A program made the translations under genes and the position numbers. Under the pieces are notes generated by a model. That model saw nothing but the letters and a program-made list of their open reading frames with translations. It did no database searches and was not told where the DNA came from. A stretch of 64,000 bases of DNA from a virus (Duplodnaviria; Heunggongvirae; Uroviricota; Caudoviricetes): the IMG/VR virus record IMGVR_UViG_3300049489_000540; one strand, 5' to 3'. Shown here one piece after another: positions 62,754 to 64,000 of the stretch. Each line of letters starts with the position of its first letter. The first letter of the stretch is position 1.

Positions 62754-62839
62754 GCCCTTGTGGCGGAATGGTATACGCAAAAGTTTTAAAAACTTTCGGG
62801 GGAAACCCCATGTCGGTTCGAGTCCGACCACCGGCACCA
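62754..62839 (+). tRNA. tRNA-Leu: tRNA-Leu(UAA)-like gene (type II, long variable arm); acceptor stem has two mismatches
   Basis: anticodon stem aaagt/acttt with loop TTTAAAA (anticodon TAA); variable arm ggggg-aaa-cccc; T-arm gtcgg-TTCGAGT-ccgac; 3' caccggc-A-CCA; 5' strand gcccttg pairs only 5/7. Confidence 0.55.
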
Positions 62840-62848
62840 TTTCGTCTA

Positions 62849-62875
62849 TTGACTTCTCCTAGATCATGGTAGAGT
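62849..62875 (+). promoter_or_regulatory. promoter TTGACTT-N15-TAGAGT, 6 nt before the ATG (leaderless)
   Basis: ttgacttctcctagatcatggtagagt acaccc ATG(62882). Confidence 0.55.
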
Positions 62876-62881
62876 ACACCC

Positions 62882-63175
62882 ATGATCGAAGATACCGACC
62901 TCTACAACACCCGCCGCGCCGGTTCCGAAAAGACCGAAGACGGTGATCGCTACTTCTCCTTCGAAGTTCGCGCTAAGGGTTTCGCTGGGGTTCGCGCCTT
63001 TCATGCCGCTGCTGATCGCTTCATTCGGGATTGGACCGCTTGCGGCGATGGCTGGCTCAAGGGCACCTACGGCATCCTGGTCGATGGGGCGGAAATCGCC
63101 ATCGAAGCTCGCAACGACGAGTGGGCTTCCCGTCAGCAGGAAATCGAAGATCACGCTCTCGGATACTGGAGATAA
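62882..63175 (+). CDS. hypothetical protein
   Basis: 97-aa ORF. Confidence 0.5.
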   Translation: MIEDTDLYNTRRAGSEKTEDGDRYFSFEVRAKGFAGVRAFHAAADRFIRDWTACGDGWLKGTYGILVDGAEIAIEARNDEWASRQQEIEDHALGYWR

Positions 63176-63178
63176 ACC

Positions 63179-63427
63179 ATGAGTACCAAATCCTCGATCG
63201 AGTCCGTCTACAAGGTCTATGATGACGGCGAAGGCGTTTCCATCAACGTCGAAAGCGACTGTGATGCGCTGGGATTTGTCCGCATCACAACCGCCGATAA
63301 TCCGAAGTCGGTCGAGTTTTGGGGCAAGATCGACTTCACCATGGCTCCCGAGATTGCTGAAAATCTCGCCAAGGCACTTCTCAAAAAGGTCAAGGACATT
63401 CGGGACGAGGAAAAGACCAATGGATGA
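63179..63427 (+). CDS. hypothetical protein
   Basis: 82-aa ORF. Confidence 0.5.
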   Translation: MSTKSSIESVYKVYDDGEGVSINVESDCDALGFVRITTADNPKSVEFWGKIDFTMAPEIAENLAKALLKKVKDIRDEEKTNG

Positions 63428-63641
63428 TAAAAACATTCTGGATTGGATTCAAGAGCATCTGACGGATTTCCGTGAGACGGTATATGATGGTGTGGATGAC
63501 GATGGAAAGAAAGTCAGCATCTACGATATGGGATGGTTGGACGATGATGGAGTCCATCACAGTGTCAGGGGTAGAAGCCTCCGCGATTGCGTCAAAATCG
63601 CCATCAACCAGAACCCGCCCGTGCCTCCGTGGCTGAAATAA
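63420..63641 (+). CDS. hypothetical small protein
   Basis: 73 aa from MDDKNILDWIQEHLTDF; 8-nt overlap with previous gene; the upstream part of track ORF 63219..63641 is an alternative frame. Confidence 0.45.
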   Translation: MDDKNILDWIQEHLTDFRETVYDGVDDDGKKVSIYDMGWLDDDGVHHSVRGRSLRDCVKIAINQNPPVPPWLK

Positions 63642-63647
63642 GACTCT

Positions 63648-63674
63648 TGACTTCCTTCAACACTCTGGTAGAGT
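63648..63674 (+). promoter_or_regulatory. promoter TTGACTT-N15-TAGAGT, 7 nt before the ATG (leaderless)
   Basis: cttgacttccttcaacactctggtagagt aacaacc ATG(63682). Confidence 0.55.
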
Positions 63675-63681
63675 AACAACC

Positions 63682-64000
63682 ATGACCACCACCCTCTCCC
63701 CCGCCCCTCTCGCCCCCATCGCCACCAAGTACAAGCTGCTCGTTCGCACCCGCAACGATGGCTACATCTACTTGGGTAACGACTTCAAGCTCTACTTCTG
63801 CGATCACAGCGGCGATGACCGCTGGGACAATCCGCAGGGTCCAGAGGCATGCGAGGATAAGCCGTCCCCGCTCGTCATCGAGTCGCTGACGAGGCACGCT
63901 GGCAAGGACTTCTGTGGTCCCATCACCGTCAAGCGTGAGGATGGCTACTCCACGATGCTCACGACCGATGTGTTCCGCCGCACGCTGGATCTGATCAAGC
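63682..64000 (+). CDS. hypothetical protein (3'-truncated by the window end)
   Basis: MTTTLSPAPLAPIATKYKLLVRTRNDGYIYLGN...; ORF still open at the window edge. Confidence 0.5.
   Translation, partial: MTTTLSPAPLAPIATKYKLLVRTRNDGYIYLGNDFKLYFCDHSGDDRWDNPQGPEACEDKPSPLVIESLTRHAGKDFCGPITVKREDGYSTMLTTDVFRRTLDLIK

Overview
This 64-kb window reads as an accessory/early region of a large virulent, T4-like phage, with a strongly mosaic base composition. Evidence for that origin: an adjacent rIIA–rIIB pair (GHKL-ATPase motifs in the 715-aa protein, 312-aa partner), a tRNA-Leu(UAA)-like gene, dense translational coupling with ATGA start/stop overlaps, and sigma70-like promoters. GC is roughly 35-40% across most of the window, with ~50-60% GC islands at 8.8-12 kb, 26.2-28.5 kb, 34-36.5 kb, 46.8-47.8 kb and 53.3-64 kb. 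The window opens with three large Ser-rich, repeat-bearing putative structural/adhesin genes. Most of the rest is taken up by two very large paralogous families of small genes. Family 1 has about 35 copies in 8 clusters on both strands. Its members share a ~20-aa N-terminal leucine-zipper-like motif, roughly M-S/P-x-Y-T-x-x-LE-K/Q-H-V/I-EELQE-K/Q-LA, usually with a Trp 8-12 residues later, followed by unrelated C-terminal domains of 70-200 aa. Family 2 has 24 copies in four tandem arrays. These encode ~80-100-aa proteins built from phi-x-x-N tetrapeptide repeats (12-nt DNA periodicity) that end in a conserved helix ...SQLEAAYxALEQI. That helix is encoded by a ~38-nt junction repeat conserved at the nucleotide level, and each gene's TGA stop overlaps the next gene's ATG, which gives the arrays a repeat-plus-variable-cassette layout. 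Other content: two paralogous sigma-70-region-4-like HTH regulators (one translationally coupled to a family-2 array); an SPFH/band-7 protein with a tiny upstream TM partner; a radical-SAM enzyme; a spanin-like protein; and a putative endonuclease with five tandem Zn-ribbon repeats. There is also a ~0.9-kb non-coding iteron-like repeat zone, and a GC-rich module of small genes driven by at least 11 near-identical promoters (TTGACTT-N15/16-TAGAGT), many placed 6-7 nt before the ATG so the mRNAs would be leaderless. That module encodes SprT-like and kinase-like proteins and a vWA/TROVE-like protein sitting between a candidate structured ncRNA and the tRNA.
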